Positions 37,599 through 51,542 of a DNA stretch of 64,000 bases are shown here, piece after piece. The position numbers and the translations under genes were made by a program. The notes beneath the pieces are model-generated. The model was not told the origin of the DNA. It searched no databases and worked only from the letters and a program-made list of their open reading frames with translations. Source of the DNA: Chiloscyllium plagiosum (taxonomy: Eukaryota). The DNA lies in NCBI RefSeq assembly GCF_004010195.1, contig NC_057718.1, forward strand, positions 26,039,341-26,103,340, given 5' to 3'. The first letter of the stretch is position 1. Every line of letters begins with the position of its first letter.

Positions 37599-38759
37599 CT
37601 TATTATGTCAGTTTCAGGAGCATTTCAAAACTTTCCCAGACTTGCCAATAGCCCTTTGTTTCTCTATTTATTGGAAACTGTAAGAATGATGGTGGAGAAT
37701 ACATAGCATATGGAAGGAAATCAGGTGAATGAAAGAAGTATGGAAGGAACATTAGCAGGAGAAGGTAGCAGAGCAGTTGTGATGGGAGCAAGGAGGCTTT
37801 GAGGAGCACGGAGGGGAAATGAATATCCATAATTTGAACAGGTCCAAAGTCCCAGTAAAGTGAAGTAGGTGTTCCTACCTGCTTAACCACCTTTTCACAT
37901 ATCTCAGGAGCTGTCTCGGGTCTGCCTTGAGATGTGGGAGGCTTGACTCCAGCCTGCATCTGAGAACCAGGCACCTGAATACCAGGGAGTAGGATGATTT
38001 TTAAAACATGGAATATCAATGTCAAGAAATGGCTTTACTTTGCAGTATCTGAAGTGAAGGCAAAAGTCCAACCTTTTTTTTTTCTGCCAACAGATGAACA
38101 AACAAAAGAAAAACCCAGAAACTGCAAAATGAATTCCAATTTTATCAATATATTCATTCAAAAATAGCCAGATCATCCATCTGCATTCCTTTAGTGCTTG
38201 TGATTCATGTTCCTTCCATTATTCTGGGATGCTTCTCCAATGGGTGCAGATGAGTGCTGGAGGACTTCTTTCCTTTAGTTGCGAGGACAGGAAAGGAACA
38301 AAGTAAGCATTGTTCACTCACACTTCTTGCAACTTGAGAGACAGAAGGAATCATGGCTTTAGGGAGATGTGAGGCCAGAGGATGAAGACAAGGTGAACAA
38401 ATACCATCATCAACATTAATCCCTTTCCATGCTACAAGTTCGAAAGGCCAAATGGCCTACTCCTGCACCTATTTTCTGTGTTTCATGGTCTTTAAAATGT
38501 GCTGAGGGGCTTGGTCCCCTCCAATTCACTCTTATTTCTTTCTGCTGTGTGCTACCTTGTCCTGTAGGAACAACAGAACTCGTCAGAGAATGTCTTGTCT
38601 GGTTGATGTTATTGTTGAATAGGTGCTTGTTTTGAGTTGTCAGTGCAAGATTTGTTACAGTGTTAAATACATGAACCTGAGCGAAAGGATGTGAATTGAA
38701 GGCTGAGTGCTGATTCATAGAGATTGTTGATAACTGTGTGATGAGGCTATTGTGAATTG

Positions 38760-38930
38760 AGTTAAAAATCACACAACACCTGGTTATGGTCCAACAGGTT
38801 TATTTGGAAGCACAAGCTTTCAGAGCAGTGCTCCAAAAGTTAGTGCTCCCAAATAAGCCTGTTGGACTATAACCTGGTGTTGTGTGATTGCTAACTTTAT
38901 ACACCCCAATCCAACACCAACACCTACAAA
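38760..38930. mobile_element. Short fold-back Penelope-like insertion (family 2)
   Basis: aatcacacaacacctggttatggtccaacaggtttatttggaagcac ... gtgctcccaaataagcctgttggactataacctggtgttgtgtgatt inverted arms plus an unpaired tail. Confidence 0.7.
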
Positions 38931-39349
38931 CCGTGGATAAAGCTTGTGCTGCATACGGAAAGCGTTACCATATGCAGATGAAGTATCTTAACTTGACGCC
39001 TTGTGTAAAATAAAAAGAGAATGCTGGGAATACTTAGCAGATCAGATAATATCTGTGGGATATTGTAGATCATGATTACACTTCATCAGAACTCATGTGA
39101 GATATTTCACTTCATCCTTTACTGCATGCATGTTCTTGCAACTAGATTCCTGGCATTGACTTCTGTTACTATCTCCTATTTATGTCTGAAGACCTTCTTG
39201 CAATTACTACCTTCTTTTCTCCACACTTCTCTTATCCCCTCCCCTCTCCAACTACCATCATAACCTCTGCACATATAGAGTATCACTCCTCCTCACTTGG
39301 TACACGAAGACCTCCACTGCATTGTTTGAAAAAGTCATTGCTGTTGGGT

Positions 39350-39680
39350 CACAAGACATCAAAATTGAAGTGGCCGTTCACCCAATCAAGTCTTCCCTGC
39401 CATTCAGTGAGGTCATGGATGATCTGACAATCCTCAACTCGATTTTCCAGTCCATTCCCTATTTGTTTACTGATTAAAAATCTGGTTAATTCAACTTTGA
39501 ATATACTTAATGACCCAATCTCTATAGCTTTCTGCAGTAAAGATCCATTCTGCTCTGACAGAAGAAATTCCTCCTCATCTCTGCCTTGATCGGGCTGCTC
39601 ATTATCTGAGATTATGCCCTCTGTTCTGAGACTATCCCACAAGGGGTAATATCCACTCCGTATATTCCCCGTCCTTAGTC
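39350..39680 (-). mobile_element. CR1 LINE 3' tail fragment
   Basis: LLQKAIEIGSLSIFKVELTRFLISK. Confidence 0.7.
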
Positions 39681-39694
39681 TCTTGTTGCATATT

Positions 39695-40626
39695 CATAGA
39701 GTCATAGAGATGTACAGCACGGAAACAGACCCTTCAGTCCAACCCGTCCATGCTGACCAGATATCCCAACCCAATCTATTCACACCTGCCAGCACCCGGC
39801 CTATATCCCTCCAAACCCTTCCTATTCATATACCCATCCAAATGCCTCTTAAATGTTGCAATTGTACCAGNNNNNNNNNNNNNNNNNNNNNNNNNNNNNN
39901 NNNNNNNNNNNNNNNNNNNNNNNNNNNNNNNNNNNNNNNNNNNNNNNNNNNNNNNNNNNNNNNNNNNNNNNNNNNNNNNNNNNNNNNNNNNNNNNNNNNN
40001 NNNNNNNNNNNNNNNNNNNNNNNNNNNNNNNNNNNNNNNNNNNNNNNNNNNNNNNNNNNNNNNNNNNNNNNNNNNNNNNNNNNNNNNNNNNNNNNNNNNN
40101 NNNNNNNNNNNNNNNNNNNNNNNNNNNNNNNNNNNNNNNNNNNNNNNNNNNNNNNNNNNNNNNNNNNNNNNNNNNNNNNNNNNNNNNNNNNNNNNNNNNN
40201 NNNNNNNNNNNNNNNNNNNNNNNNNNNNNNNNNNNNNNNNNNNNNNNNNNNNNNNNNNNNNNNNNNNNNNNNNNNNNNNNNNNNNNNNNNNNNNNNNNNN
40301 NNNNNNNNNNNNNNNNNNNNNNNNNNNNNNNNNNNNNNNNNNNNNNNNNNNNNNNTCATCTGCAAATTTACTAACTGTACCTCTTATGCTCGCATCCAAA
40401 TCATTTATGTCAGTGACAAAAAGTAGAGGACCCAGCACCGATCGTTGTGGCTCTCCACTGGTCACAGGCCTCCAGTCTGAAAAACAACCCTCCACCACCA
40501 TCCTCTGTCTTCTACCTTTGAGCCAGTTCTGTATCCAAATGGCTAGTTCTCCCTGTATTCCATGAGATCTAACCTTGCTAACCAGTCTCCCATGGGGAAC
40601 CTTGTCGAACGCCTTAATGAAGTCAA
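39695..40626 (-). mobile_element. HER1 LINE 3' part with gap
   Basis: [20 protein letters not shown]...SKFAD; HER1 tail. Confidence 0.9.
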
Positions 40627-40919
40627 TTCAGTCATGCTTCAAAAATTTACAACATAGCTTCAGGTCACCAAGAACCCCCGACATTACCGAAGCCTTTAAG
40701 TGATGCAGGCTACCTTGAAGGAGCGTCAGACACATGCAATATTCAGTCTCCTTCAGATAGATGCAGCTACTGAACAGTACAGGTAGCACTGGCTTTACGC
40801 AGCAACTGCTAAAAATTACGGCCAACAGCAAATTGTTATGTTTACAAGGTGCTGGTGGAAGTTAAATGCTTACAACAATCTCAACCCTGTTTTGGAGACA
40901 AGCCAATCCTAGGAACAAG

Positions 40920-41105
40920 AGAAAAACCAAAAGAAGTGCAGATGCTTGAAATCAGAAACAAAATCTGGAAAAACTCAGCAAGTCTGGCAGAAGAGTCACA
41001 GGACCCAGGCCGTCAATTCTACAGAAGGGTCATTGGACCTGAAACTTTAAGTCTGCTTTGCTTCCCGATCTGCTGAGTTTTTCCAGCAATTTATGTTTTT
41101 GTTCC
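40920..41105. mobile_element. Decayed fold-back Penelope-like insertion (third family)
   Basis: ctggaaaaactcagca ... tgctgagtttttccag inverted arms; degenerate core agaagggtcattggacctgaaac. Confidence 0.55.
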
Positions 41106-41249
41106 AGCAACAAAGGATGATGTAAGAATAAAGACGCAGTTAACATAACTTCTAAGCACATGGAATGACATGATAACATGGAGTACATTGCCACAAATGG
41201 CTATTAAGGCAAAAACTGTTAATAGATTAGTCAAAATGGCTAGAAGAAA

Positions 41250-41525
41250 TCAGAACAGAATTAGGCGTTTCTGCTCCACCAATAGAACATGGCTAATATG
41301 TTCCTCAACCCGATTCTCTTGCTCCCTCCCCATAACCTTTGATCCCCTTACTAATCAAGAACCTATTTTTCGCTGTCTTAACTACACTAAATAATTAGGC
41401 CTCTATAACCTTCTGTGACAATAAGCTCCACAGATTCACTGGCCTCCGGCTGAAGAAATCCCTCCTCATCTCAGGTCTCAAGGGTCATCCCTTCACCCTG
41501 AGGATGTGCCCTTGGGTCCTTGTCT
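41250..41525 (-). mobile_element. CR1 LINE 3' tail
   Basis: Similar to 53760-54020. Confidence 0.7.
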
Positions 41526-42819
41526 AATAAGTTGAATTCAAAAGGGAGAATATGAATGGTTGCAAGGAAATGGGATTAGAGTAAATAGCTATATTTGGGA
41601 GCTAGCACTGAAAAGGCTATGATGGACTTCTGTGTTTTAATTTCTATAATTCTATCTGACGTCAATAGAAGACTAATTACTAGTGCTGAGAGAAGATTGC
41701 CTGTAAATTAACAGCCACACATAAATCCTCTGTGTAATAGAAGTTAGTTAAATATAGATTTTATTGTCTAGTTAGATAAATGTAGATTTTGTTGTCTTTC
41801 AGTTTCCTGAGAAAATGTCTTTTTTTTCAAATGAGGCAGTTTTGCTAGCTGCTAATGTTGTCCTGGTCATTGATGAAAATGAATAAAGGAACTGTTGGTT
41901 ATTTCTTTGGTTAGATTGGGAAAGAGAGGCGTAAAATAATAGCATTGAATAAGACATTAAACTGGCTTCTTTCAAATAGGCACAGAAGAGCCAGTAGCAT
42001 CATTTTTAGAGGAGTGCGGAGTTCTAGCAATGTCTAATTGCATAACTACAACATGTCTGTTTAACTCTTACAACTGGATGGGCTTTAAACAATAGATTTT
42101 GGTCCAGATTTGATAATGATTAATTGTGGGAAATAGTGAGTGTGTTTCCAACATTGCAACATTTTAAGAAATGCTTCATTTACCATAGAGGAATTGAAGT
42201 TTGCTCCTCCTTTCTGTCATTCAATTGCTGCAAGATATTCTTGTTATTCTTCATTGACCTGCTCATTTATTTTCCAGTAGGGTTGACTAAAGTAGTTTTC
42301 TGTCTTAAATTGAACCCACCACAAGAATTAAGTTCCTGGCAGCTGCTGAAGTCATGTTTTGCACCCTTGCATACCAGTAAGAACATCTGGATTATGAAGT
42401 GGGGGAGCAGAAGCCCATTCAGTCCCTGCAGCCTGCTTCACTATTCAATAATGCCATGCTTGATCTGATTGTTGTTGTATGTGCTATGGTACCAAACATT
42501 ATCAGCTAATGTTTTAGGAAGACGGCTGCTATCAATCCGACTTTCCACTTTTTTTTGAGTCTTAAAACCTACTTTTTTAATAGTTATAGAGAATGAACCA
42601 CTAATGATTCTTTATGAGAAGAAACACTTGTTTTAACAAAATGTAGTTTACAGCAGGATAGCAATAAGTACAAGTTATATAGTCTTAGTTATTGTGTCTG
42701 ACTAGTCAATCGGGAGACAATGATGACACATCTGTCTCCATTGAGAACTCGAATAAGATTCATCATTTTCTCTGCGTGAGACTCTATGACATCATCAGAT
42801 TGGGGAAAACTTAATGTGG

Positions 42820-42944
42820 GAGAAAGTGAGGACTGCAGATGCTGGAGATCAGAGCTGAAAATGTGTTGCTGGAAAAGCGCAGCAGGTCAGGCAGCGTCCA
42901 AGGAGCAGGAGAATCGATGTTTCGGGCATGAGCCCTTCTTCAAG
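42820..42944 (-). mobile_element. Penelope-like 3' tail only (hammerhead core to 3' end), 13-bp TSD
   Basis: TSD aaacttaatgtgg 42807-42819 / 42945-42957; minus strand starts cttgaagaagggctcatgcccgaaac. Confidence 0.85.
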
Positions 42945-43934
42945 AAACTTAATGTGGCCTGTAATATTAAACCATTCAGAACCGTTACCATGTAAAGCAA
43001 TTCTGGCTTTAACTCCACTTTCCTACCTGCCTCCGATAACACTTCACTCCCTTTTTAATCCACAATTTGTCTACTTCAGCTCCAAATGTATTCAATGCCT
43101 AGCCTCTACAGCACGCTGTGGAAGATAATTCCAAACCCAAATACTCTTTGCAAGAAAGAAAAACTTCCTCATTGTCATCTTAAGTGGGAGATCCCTAATT
43201 TTGAAATTTTTGTCTCCATGTTTAAGATGTCTCCACAAGGGGAACATCCTCCCAGCATGTTTAGCTTTATGGCTAAACAGGCTTGATCTCGAGGATTCAT
43301 ATCTGAGCAGTGGCTGGGGTCACTGTTATGCATTTGTAAGGCAGAAGTTAATATGGATAGCATGGATAGGGAGGCAGTCACATCACAGATTAGTTGTGTG
43401 AAGGCAGAAAGGGATTAGGTGTTACCAGGCAGTCTAAGAAAATCCCTGGAAGTCCCCCAGTATTGTGCTTCCCAATCAGTGTTCCATTTGGAAACTAATC
43501 AAGGCGATGGTTTCTTCGGGAAATGCACTCAGAGGAAAGTCCATGGCACTGAGGGTGGCTCATCTTGTTTCTTTTATGAATGGGAACTGTGTCTCCTTAC
43601 CTCCTGTATCAAGCCTACTTTTAACTATTCACTTAGCCCACATTAGCCAACTCCTTTGTTATAAACGAATAGCTGCCCTTATAGAATTCAAACTGAAGAC
43701 ACTGGTAATGAACTCATATCCCTTACTCTCAAATTGAACATCAAATTCAATCATTTTACAATAGGATCCTCTACTACAATATTAAATTAACCTTATCTCA
43801 TTGCACATCAGCAAGTGAAAAACAGTCTGTTCCTGGTAGGTTCAGAACATATTTTTCTAAGAAACGTCTCCAGTCTAAAATTGTTTGAAGAAAGTGGCAT
43901 AAATATAGTCTATGAACTGATCCTCTGACTATGT

Positions 43935-45310
43935 TTCCTGGCCTGGATGGTGGCCCCAATCATGCATTTAGACCCTGTGTGAACCAGCTGGTGGGGGTAT
44001 TCACTGATATTTTTAACCTCTCCTTACTACAATCTGATGTCTGCTTCAAGAAGACAACCAACATCTCTGGGACACCCTCACTAACTAACCCCACTGCTCT
44101 GTGGCTGAACAATTCAACGTCCCCCTCCCACTCCACCAAGGACATGCAGGTCCTGAGCCTCCTCCATCACCAAACCTTAACCACCCGACGCCCAGAGGAA
44201 GAACGCCTCATCTTCCACCTTGGGACCCTGCAACCACACGGGATTAATGTGGATTTCACCAGTTTCCTCATTTCCCCTCCACTCACCTTATCCCAGCCAC
44301 AAGTCTCCAACTTGGCACCACCCTCTTGACCTGTCCATCGTTTTTCCCATCTATCCGCTCCACCCTCTTCTCCGACCTGTCACCTTCTCCCCACCTTCAT
44401 CTACCTATTGCATTCTCAGCTACCTTTCCCTCAACCCTACCCCCTCCCATTTATCCCTCAGCCCCCCCACCCCGGCCCACAAGCCTCATTCCTGGTGAAG
44501 GGCTTATGCCCGAAATGTCGATTCTCCCGCTCTTCAGATGCTGCCTGACCTGCTGTGCTTTTCCAGCACCAAACTCTCAACTCTGATCTTCAGCATCTGC
44601 AGTCCTCACATTTACTTAGTAACTATCATTCTGGTGTCAAAGAAAAATTATGCAGTGTGCCTCAATGACTAGCATCTGGTGGCTCTGACCTCCACAATTA
44701 TGAAGTACTTCAAGCGGTTGGTCATGGCTCATGTCGCCTCCAGCCTACCACATTGCCTTGATCATTTTCAATTCACCTACCGGTGCAAGGTAGGTCCATG
44801 ACAGACGCGATGTCCTGGCCCGACTCTCAACCTGGAATATCTGGGTAACAAGGATACATACAACAGGTTCCTACTTATTGACACAGTTCTGCTTTTGACA
44901 CCGTAATTCCAAACAAACTCACCTCCAAACTCCAAAATCTAGGTTTCAATTCTCCCCTCTGAAATTGGGTTCTCAACTGATCCATAGATCACGATCAGTA
45001 AGAATAGGCGACACCACCTCATCTACGATAATCCTCAATACCAGTGCCCAGCAAGGTTGGATACTCGCACCCCACTATACTCCTTATACACTCCTGACTG
45101 TATGGCCAAATTCAACCCCAACTACACTTACAAATTTGTTGATGACACCACCATTGTAGTTTGGATCTCAAATAATGACGAGGCGGAATACAGGAAAGGG
45201 ATTGTATGCTTGGCAGCGTGGTGTAAAAACAACAATCTATCCAAATATGTCGGCAAAACAAAGGTCATTAACTTCAGGAAGCAGAATGGAGGGAACACTG
45301 AGGTGGAAAT
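43935..45310 (+). mobile_element. Rex1/Babar-type LINE RT fragment, split by a Penelope
   Basis: QLVGVFTDIFNLSLLQS..CFKKTT | IILVSKK..CLND*HLVALTS; LYSLYTPDC...KFVDDTTIV. Confidence 0.8.
44060..44620 (+). mobile_element. 5'-truncated Penelope-like element
   Basis: SHSTKDMQVLSLLHHQTLTTRRPEEERLIFHLGTLQPHGINVDF; ctggtgaagggcttatgcccgaaatgtc core at 44492-44519. Confidence 0.88.
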
Positions 45311-45534
45311 AGTAAGCTGATTAACATATGTGCTTTAAACCTGAAACATTTGTTTCTAACCTTCATTTATACAAAAGGCAGACAGCCAGACAAACAAACT
45401 CAGTTAAGGAATAAATAGAAGAAAATAACAAAACTCACCAGATTACTTAAATGGCTTTCATGGTGCATTGTTTCACAGTTATAAATGTGGACTCCTTGGC
45501 TGCTTTTCAGAAATGTTGGTTACGATTCACCCAA

Positions 45535-45668
45535 TTCTAGATTAAAGTGGTGCTGGAAAAGCACAGAAGATTTCCTGCTCCTCGGATGCTGCCTGAACTG
45601 TTGTGCTTTTCCAGGACCACTCTAATCTAGAATTTGGTTTCCAGCATCTGCAGTCCTTAATTTTACTC
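45535..45668 (+). mobile_element. Short fold-back Penelope-like insertion, 13-bp TSD
   Basis: TSD acgattcacccaa 45522-45534 / 45669-45681; ttctagattaaagtggtgctggaaaagcaca is the reverse complement of the downstream arm. Confidence 0.85.
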
Positions 45669-48010
45669 ACGATTCACCCAAGCATAGGCAGCAATACTTC
45701 TAACTCAGTTTTCTACTCTTTAGCATATCAGATTAGGCAAGGAGCTGTCAAATTTTTGTGCTGTTTCAGTAGCAGTCCAGAACAATCTCTTAGAAAACAT
45801 TGTTCATGAAACAACCTCATTATGTCTCGTTCTTCCCTGATAGACTGACTTTTCCTGAAGCTTCAATTACCATTCAATAATTGCCATTGGCTTGAACATA
45901 TGGCCTCTTCCTTACTTGCTGGAACCAATTCCTACGTATTGGTCTCATGAGTAGCCAACTTCTGTTATCTGTTTAAACATGATGCTATTCCTGGGGGCTC
46001 TCTGTATCAGGGAGAGCCTATTTAAGAAAGGGTCGGTGTGCAATTAACCTCCAGGCCCAGCCTCACAAACAAACAAATCTTGTTTGGTCTGTTTATTTTT
46101 CCTTTTAACATGAGTTGTCTGAATGTCCATCAGTCATTCCCTGCTCATTCATCCAAATAATGAATCAAAATTGATCAATTAAAAATAAAATTAAAAATTA
46201 GCAAGGGTTCTAACATAATTCCTGTGTATTTATCCTTTCATAAGAAGACCAGTACTGTAAACAGTACTCCCGATATGTCCCCACCAATATTCTAAAAACC
46301 TGAAGCATGATCTTTGTGCTTTTATGTTCATTTCACTTAACGGTAACCAATAACATTCTATTAGCATTCCTAATTATATGCTTTTTTAAATTCTTCTTGG
46401 TGAAATGGACAATTTCACATTTATACTGTATCTGTCAGATCTTTGCCCACGCTTTTATATTTTCAATATCCCTTTGTCGCTTCCCAAGGTCCTCTCAACT
46501 TACCTTCCTACATGTCATTATGACAGGAAATTTTAACAACTGTAACTTCAGCCTCTTCATTCAAGTCATTTATATGAATTATGAAATGTTGAGAACCCCA
46601 GCACTGAACCCTACTGTCTGTTCCCTGTTATCTATCCGGTTTCTGTCCATTCCAATATTCTATTACCTCCACCATTTTCAGCAATAACCTTAGCATTGTG
46701 CCTCAATATACTAGTTTTGGGAATATAAAAACTCACCCTTTTATTCCATATCTGTACTATTCATATCATTTAAACAGTATAAACCTTAGAAAACAGTCTA
46801 GTATGTGAGACAGCGCTGAAATATCAACAAAGTCACCTTTCTCGAAAAGGCAAGTACATTTCCCTGGAGTTCTATGTACTTAAGCACTGATAACCATCTG
46901 TGAGAGTTTTCTAATTAAGACTTAATTGAACAGAACTGGTCTACAAAGGTGGTGCACAGGAAAGGAGAGAGAATTGGAGGTGAAGCACTCTCCAAAGAGG
47001 CAGCAATTTATTCACAGCTTGGCATCATAAACTGCCACGAAATTGATAATGACTTAGTCTGTTTTTGGGAATATTTTTGATGGGAGAAGTATGTTGGCCA
47101 TTCTTCAAATAGTGCAGCAACATCTTTTGTATAGACCTTGTGCCACTGAAACAGTTTAATGGTTTAGCAAAATGACTGCTGTTGATTGCTGTGTTGTAGC
47201 ACATGAAATTCAGCGTAGTAATGATGCCTTTCAGTGCTGTTTCTAACCCATCATCTCTTTTTGTTCTCAATGAGGATCAGTTTTATTTATTTTCTTTGAC
47301 CTGTGTGAAAATCTTCACTCTTCCCATTTTGTCCTCAATTCATTGCTAAGCATCAATACAATGTTCCAATTTAATCTCCTTTCCAAAGTGTTCAGGCATG
47401 AAATCCTCATCCCTCGGAGATAGCACCTTTTGGCTGGTATACACGCGGACTCCAGCTGTTTGAGCTGTGATCTGTAGGGTGCCCCTCGTTAGGAAGGTAG
47501 CTCACCCTGTACACACTGGAAACAGATGAACTCATGCAATTCTGGGTCACTTCATTGATAATGTACTGTTCTCATTTCTTGAGGCTGGTGTGACTAGGCA
47601 GCTGGAAGCCTTCAGGCATCCAGAAGCAGAAGTTGAGAAAGGGGAGATCGGATTTGGCGGAGACAGAATTGGGTGAATCGTGACACCAAATGTGTGTTTT
47701 ATTATTGTGTAAGACTCTGTGATGCTGCAACCACTTCCTCCATGGAGCTCAACAGATGGATGAGCTTATACCTCCTGCTCTGCTCCCCTCTGTCATGTGC
47801 CACTTGCCCTTCAACAGAAGGAAGGAAGTCAGTGACTGGGGAGCACTATGTTTGGATGATGAGCCTCTTATCGTTGAATACCTGGAGTATGCTCAGGCTA
47901 TGGGAAATGATTATCAGTGTTGGTGGATGTGTGAGGGTGAGTTGATGAACCGCATATGAGGCATGAGTCCTAAGTGCCCACCTTGATGGTGATATGGAGC
48001 ATTTTGAATA

Positions 48011-48110
48011 GTTCTGAAGAAGGGTCAATGGACTCGAAATGGTAGCTCTCCTTCCACTTACAGAGGCTGCCAAACCTGCTGACTTTCTCCAGCAATTCCA
48101 GTTTTTGTTA
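48011..48110 (+). mobile_element. Penelope-like tail (third family) with hammerhead core
   Basis: CTGAAGA-agggtcaatggactc-GAAA at 48014-48039, then cagaggctgccaaacctgctgactttctccagcaatt. Confidence 0.6.
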
Positions 48111-49559
48111 CAAAATGTTATATTCTGGATACAATTATAAAAGCTAGAGTCAAAATCCCAAATACTGGTCTTGCTGTTCTTTTCTGGTCACAGTGTCATT
48201 TTAACACTTCCTTTCTATGGGGTGGTTCAGGTGACTGACAGACTAAGGCAGCATGATCATGACTGCACATCAGTTCAGATCTTTTGATGCCATTCAAATC
48301 CCAAAACAATTTGAACTGCTGTGGGAGCAAACCCTCCAATGTTTGAGAAGTCTGAGAGCCACACAGCTGAGGCCCTGTCAGGGAAGTTTAAAGCTTTTTA
48401 AGGAGCAGGGGTCTCCTGGGCAAAGATGAATTGGACACACATAGCACTGCGCTTTCCCCCTTTTCAACCTTGTTAAACCCATATAACATCCTCAGAATGT
48501 AACTAACTGATGGTCATTGGGTTGCATATTCTTCGCAATATGCAAACCTCAGGATGATCATTTCAGGCAGCTCAAGAGTTAATGAAACACAGCTATTAAA
48601 ATGGATCATAAAATAATGCTGGGATAATTTTTCTGTAGATATTTCCAATAAACCCATCAAGTCACTCACAATATATTGAACATGTTACTTAGAAGTCCAT
48701 GTTTATTTTGAACAGTGCGCAATACAGTAGCTCAGTGATTCTTACTATCCAGGGAATGTACTAACTAGGTCTGAAATCGATTTGATCAGAATGTGTGGGT
48801 GTATAATTCTAGGAAGTGCTCATGAGTCAAGACAACTTGGCTGACTCAGGCTTATAAAATATACAAAACTCTCCATATGAAATAAGTGAACACCATTCAA
48901 GTTGACCTCGAATGACTGCTTGGTGTGAGTAACTCACAGGAGACAAGCACCTAGTGTGTAGAAATGTTATGAGTCACAAAAATTGAATGAATTATCTCAG
49001 TCTGGACGGTGCTCTTATTTTATTTATATTCAGAATAAAAAAACAGCTTGAAGCATTTTTATACATTTCCAGCACACCGTGGAGGTACAGATGCTGTATG
49101 AAATCTGAGTGGAATACTATAGCCTCAAGCACATTACAGAGCATTGATTATCTCTTATGGTGCACTGACAGTTTTACATAGATGCCCTCACAAGGGTTTT
49201 TCCATTAGAATTTCACTTTTGAAATTAGCATTTGGAATTAGTATGCATGGGTTCCTGGTGATGAAAATAAGACCGACTTATTGTTTCCCTTATCAGTAAA
49301 TAATTCAGAACAAACAGTATGCATTCTACCCCCATTCTTCCTTTACCTGTTTGTATCATTTTATATGGCTGACCATGCCATCTTCCTTCATTACCCTACC
49401 TCCATACTACATTTTAAAAGGACTACCTTCATGTGGTTTTACTCCATGCTATTCAAATCTTCAGTGCCCAATATCAACTCCATTCTTACGCATTGGTCCC
49501 GTATTCGTGTCAGCTGCAGATTTATGCTGAATCTGTGTGAAGACTTGGTGTTCTTTTTG

Positions 49560-49748
49560 ACTTTGTGAATGGACCGCTCATATTATTAGAGTTGATCTTT
49601 CTCTGCACCTTCCCTGTAGCTGTAACATTATAGTCTGCAATCTGCTCTATTACCTTGATGTAAGTATGTAAGGTATAATTTGCAGGATAACATGTAAAGC
49701 AGTACTTTTCACTGTATCTTGGTACATGTGACAATAATAGATTAAATC
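49560..49748 (+). mobile_element. Rex1/Babar-type LINE 3' UTR fragment
   Basis: Ends cttttcactgtatcttggtacatgtgacaataa, similar to the reverse complement of 30465-30505. Confidence 0.55.
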
Positions 49749-50199
49749 ACATAATTGGAAGATCTTGCATCTCTAAACCAGGAGCTCCAGGTTTGAGTTG
49801 CACTCCAGGATTTATTGGTCATGGAATGAGCATTCATTACATGCTTCAACTGTTGATAATCAGCGTACTAGTTCTTCCAATAACTCCTCAAATCTGTGTG
49901 AGAAGATACAAAGCAAGTGAGTAATTCTCCTTATTCAAGCCTTCAACACAGACCATTTATTTCCACTTTGTCAAAATGTGTCTCCATACAGTCTTTAGGG
50001 AAATTCTTATCAGGAAGAGAAAGATTGTATTATGTTTGTTTCTCTTCACCATCTCGCCACTGTTCTTGGAAATGCATGAGTGAATGTATGTAAAGGACGA
50101 TGTTCCTCGCCTTTAATGCTCTGCACAGTCACAATGAAAGCTTGCACTTCAATAGTCTTGACTTGAGCAAGATCCTGGAGAATATTCCTCAATTATTCC

Positions 50200-50928
50200 A
50201 GAAGAAATCAGATAGACCACTGGAATCTACCTAGGCACCAGAAAAGCTGATGACAGAAACATGGACCATGCAAAGTCCTCCTTAGTAATGTCTGGGCGCT
50301 AGTGCCAAAATTGGGAGAGCTTTCTTACAAACTAGTCAAGTCTGAAATTGTCTGTAAGGTATGAATCCATGAGAATGACTATGTTCCAGACGCCAGTATC
50401 ACCATCCCAACACAACAGACCTAGCAGAGGTGGCAGCACAGTGATATGTAGTCCAGAGGAAGTTGCCCTGGGAATCCACAACATTGACTCTGGACCCCAT
50501 GATGTCTCATGGCTTCAGATTAAACATGGGCCAATAATTCTCCTGCTGATCACCACTTACTACTCCTCCATGATGAACAACACTTGGAGGAAGCACTGAG
50601 GGTGGCAAGGGCGCATAATGTACTCTGGGTTGGGGATTTCAATGTCCACCCCCAACAGTGGCTCGGCAGTAGTGGTACTGATCAACTGGTCAGTAAAGGG
50701 CATAGCTGTTAGACTGGATCTGCAGCAGTTGATGAGGGAACCAACAAGAGGGAAAAGCATACTTGACCACATCCTTATCAATCTGCCAATGCCTCTGTTC
50801 ATGATAGCATTGTAAGAATGACCTCAGCACAGTCCTTGTCGGGATGAGGTCCTGCCTTCACATTGACAATCTATCATGTTGTATTATACTATTACCTTGC
50901 AAAGTGGACAGACTTTGAACAGATTTAA
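50200..50928 (+). mobile_element. Second LINE family (CR1/L2-like), APE endonuclease region
   Basis: NRPSRGGSTVI, LGDFNVH-like, VREPTRGKSILDHILINLP. Confidence 0.7.
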
Positions 50929-51542
50929 TGTTATGGACAAGGCCAGACCCTCTCAAAATATTTTAATAAGGTAGCTTAGACCATAACTTTTTCTTATTTT
51001 GAAGGTAGATGTGAAGTGGATGTTCCAGGTGTTATGCAACTGACCAAAGCACTCGGCCTTAAGCAAAACAAATTTATTTAAAACACTATAGTTAAAATAC
51101 AAACAAAAGCAAGCAGAATTTAGAATAACTTAACTACTGGAAAACTTAACCAACCCGATACAACAACTTAACTAATTAACTGTTCCGATATAGTAACATA
51201 CCTTAAACACACCACTGAGCCAAAAGGTAAATTCAAATACAGACTCTTACAGGCAGGAGGGAAAACCATCCAGAGAGATTTCAGAAAAAGTCAGTTAGGA
51301 ACCGTTTACTGAAGCTTGCAATGCTTTTGGATTCCAACATCTTGTGACTGCTACCCCTAAAAAAAGAGACAATCCTGAACTGGGAGAACCTGCCACTCCC
51401 CTTCCATTGTTAAATCGTTTGAAAAAAGCATCACTGATTCAGGCTGGACCCCTCATCACTTTCTGCACCTCTGCCTTTACCACCTCTCTTCAAAAACCAC
51501 CCAGGACAAAAATAACCTTTTTGAAGTAACAGCATCATCACA
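50929..51542 (-). mobile_element. 3' LTR of a Gypsy-type (Gmr1-like) retrotransposon
   Basis: TGTTATG...CATCACA terminal inverted ends; polypurine tract immediately upstream on the minus strand (plus cctccccatccct 51543-51555). Confidence 0.75.

Noticed and set aside
38279..38302. Possible 24-nt micro-exon (cttctttcctttag|...|gtaagc) on the plus strand
   Set aside because: Splice-like signals of this quality arise by chance in 64 kb; there is no recognisable peptide or partner exon
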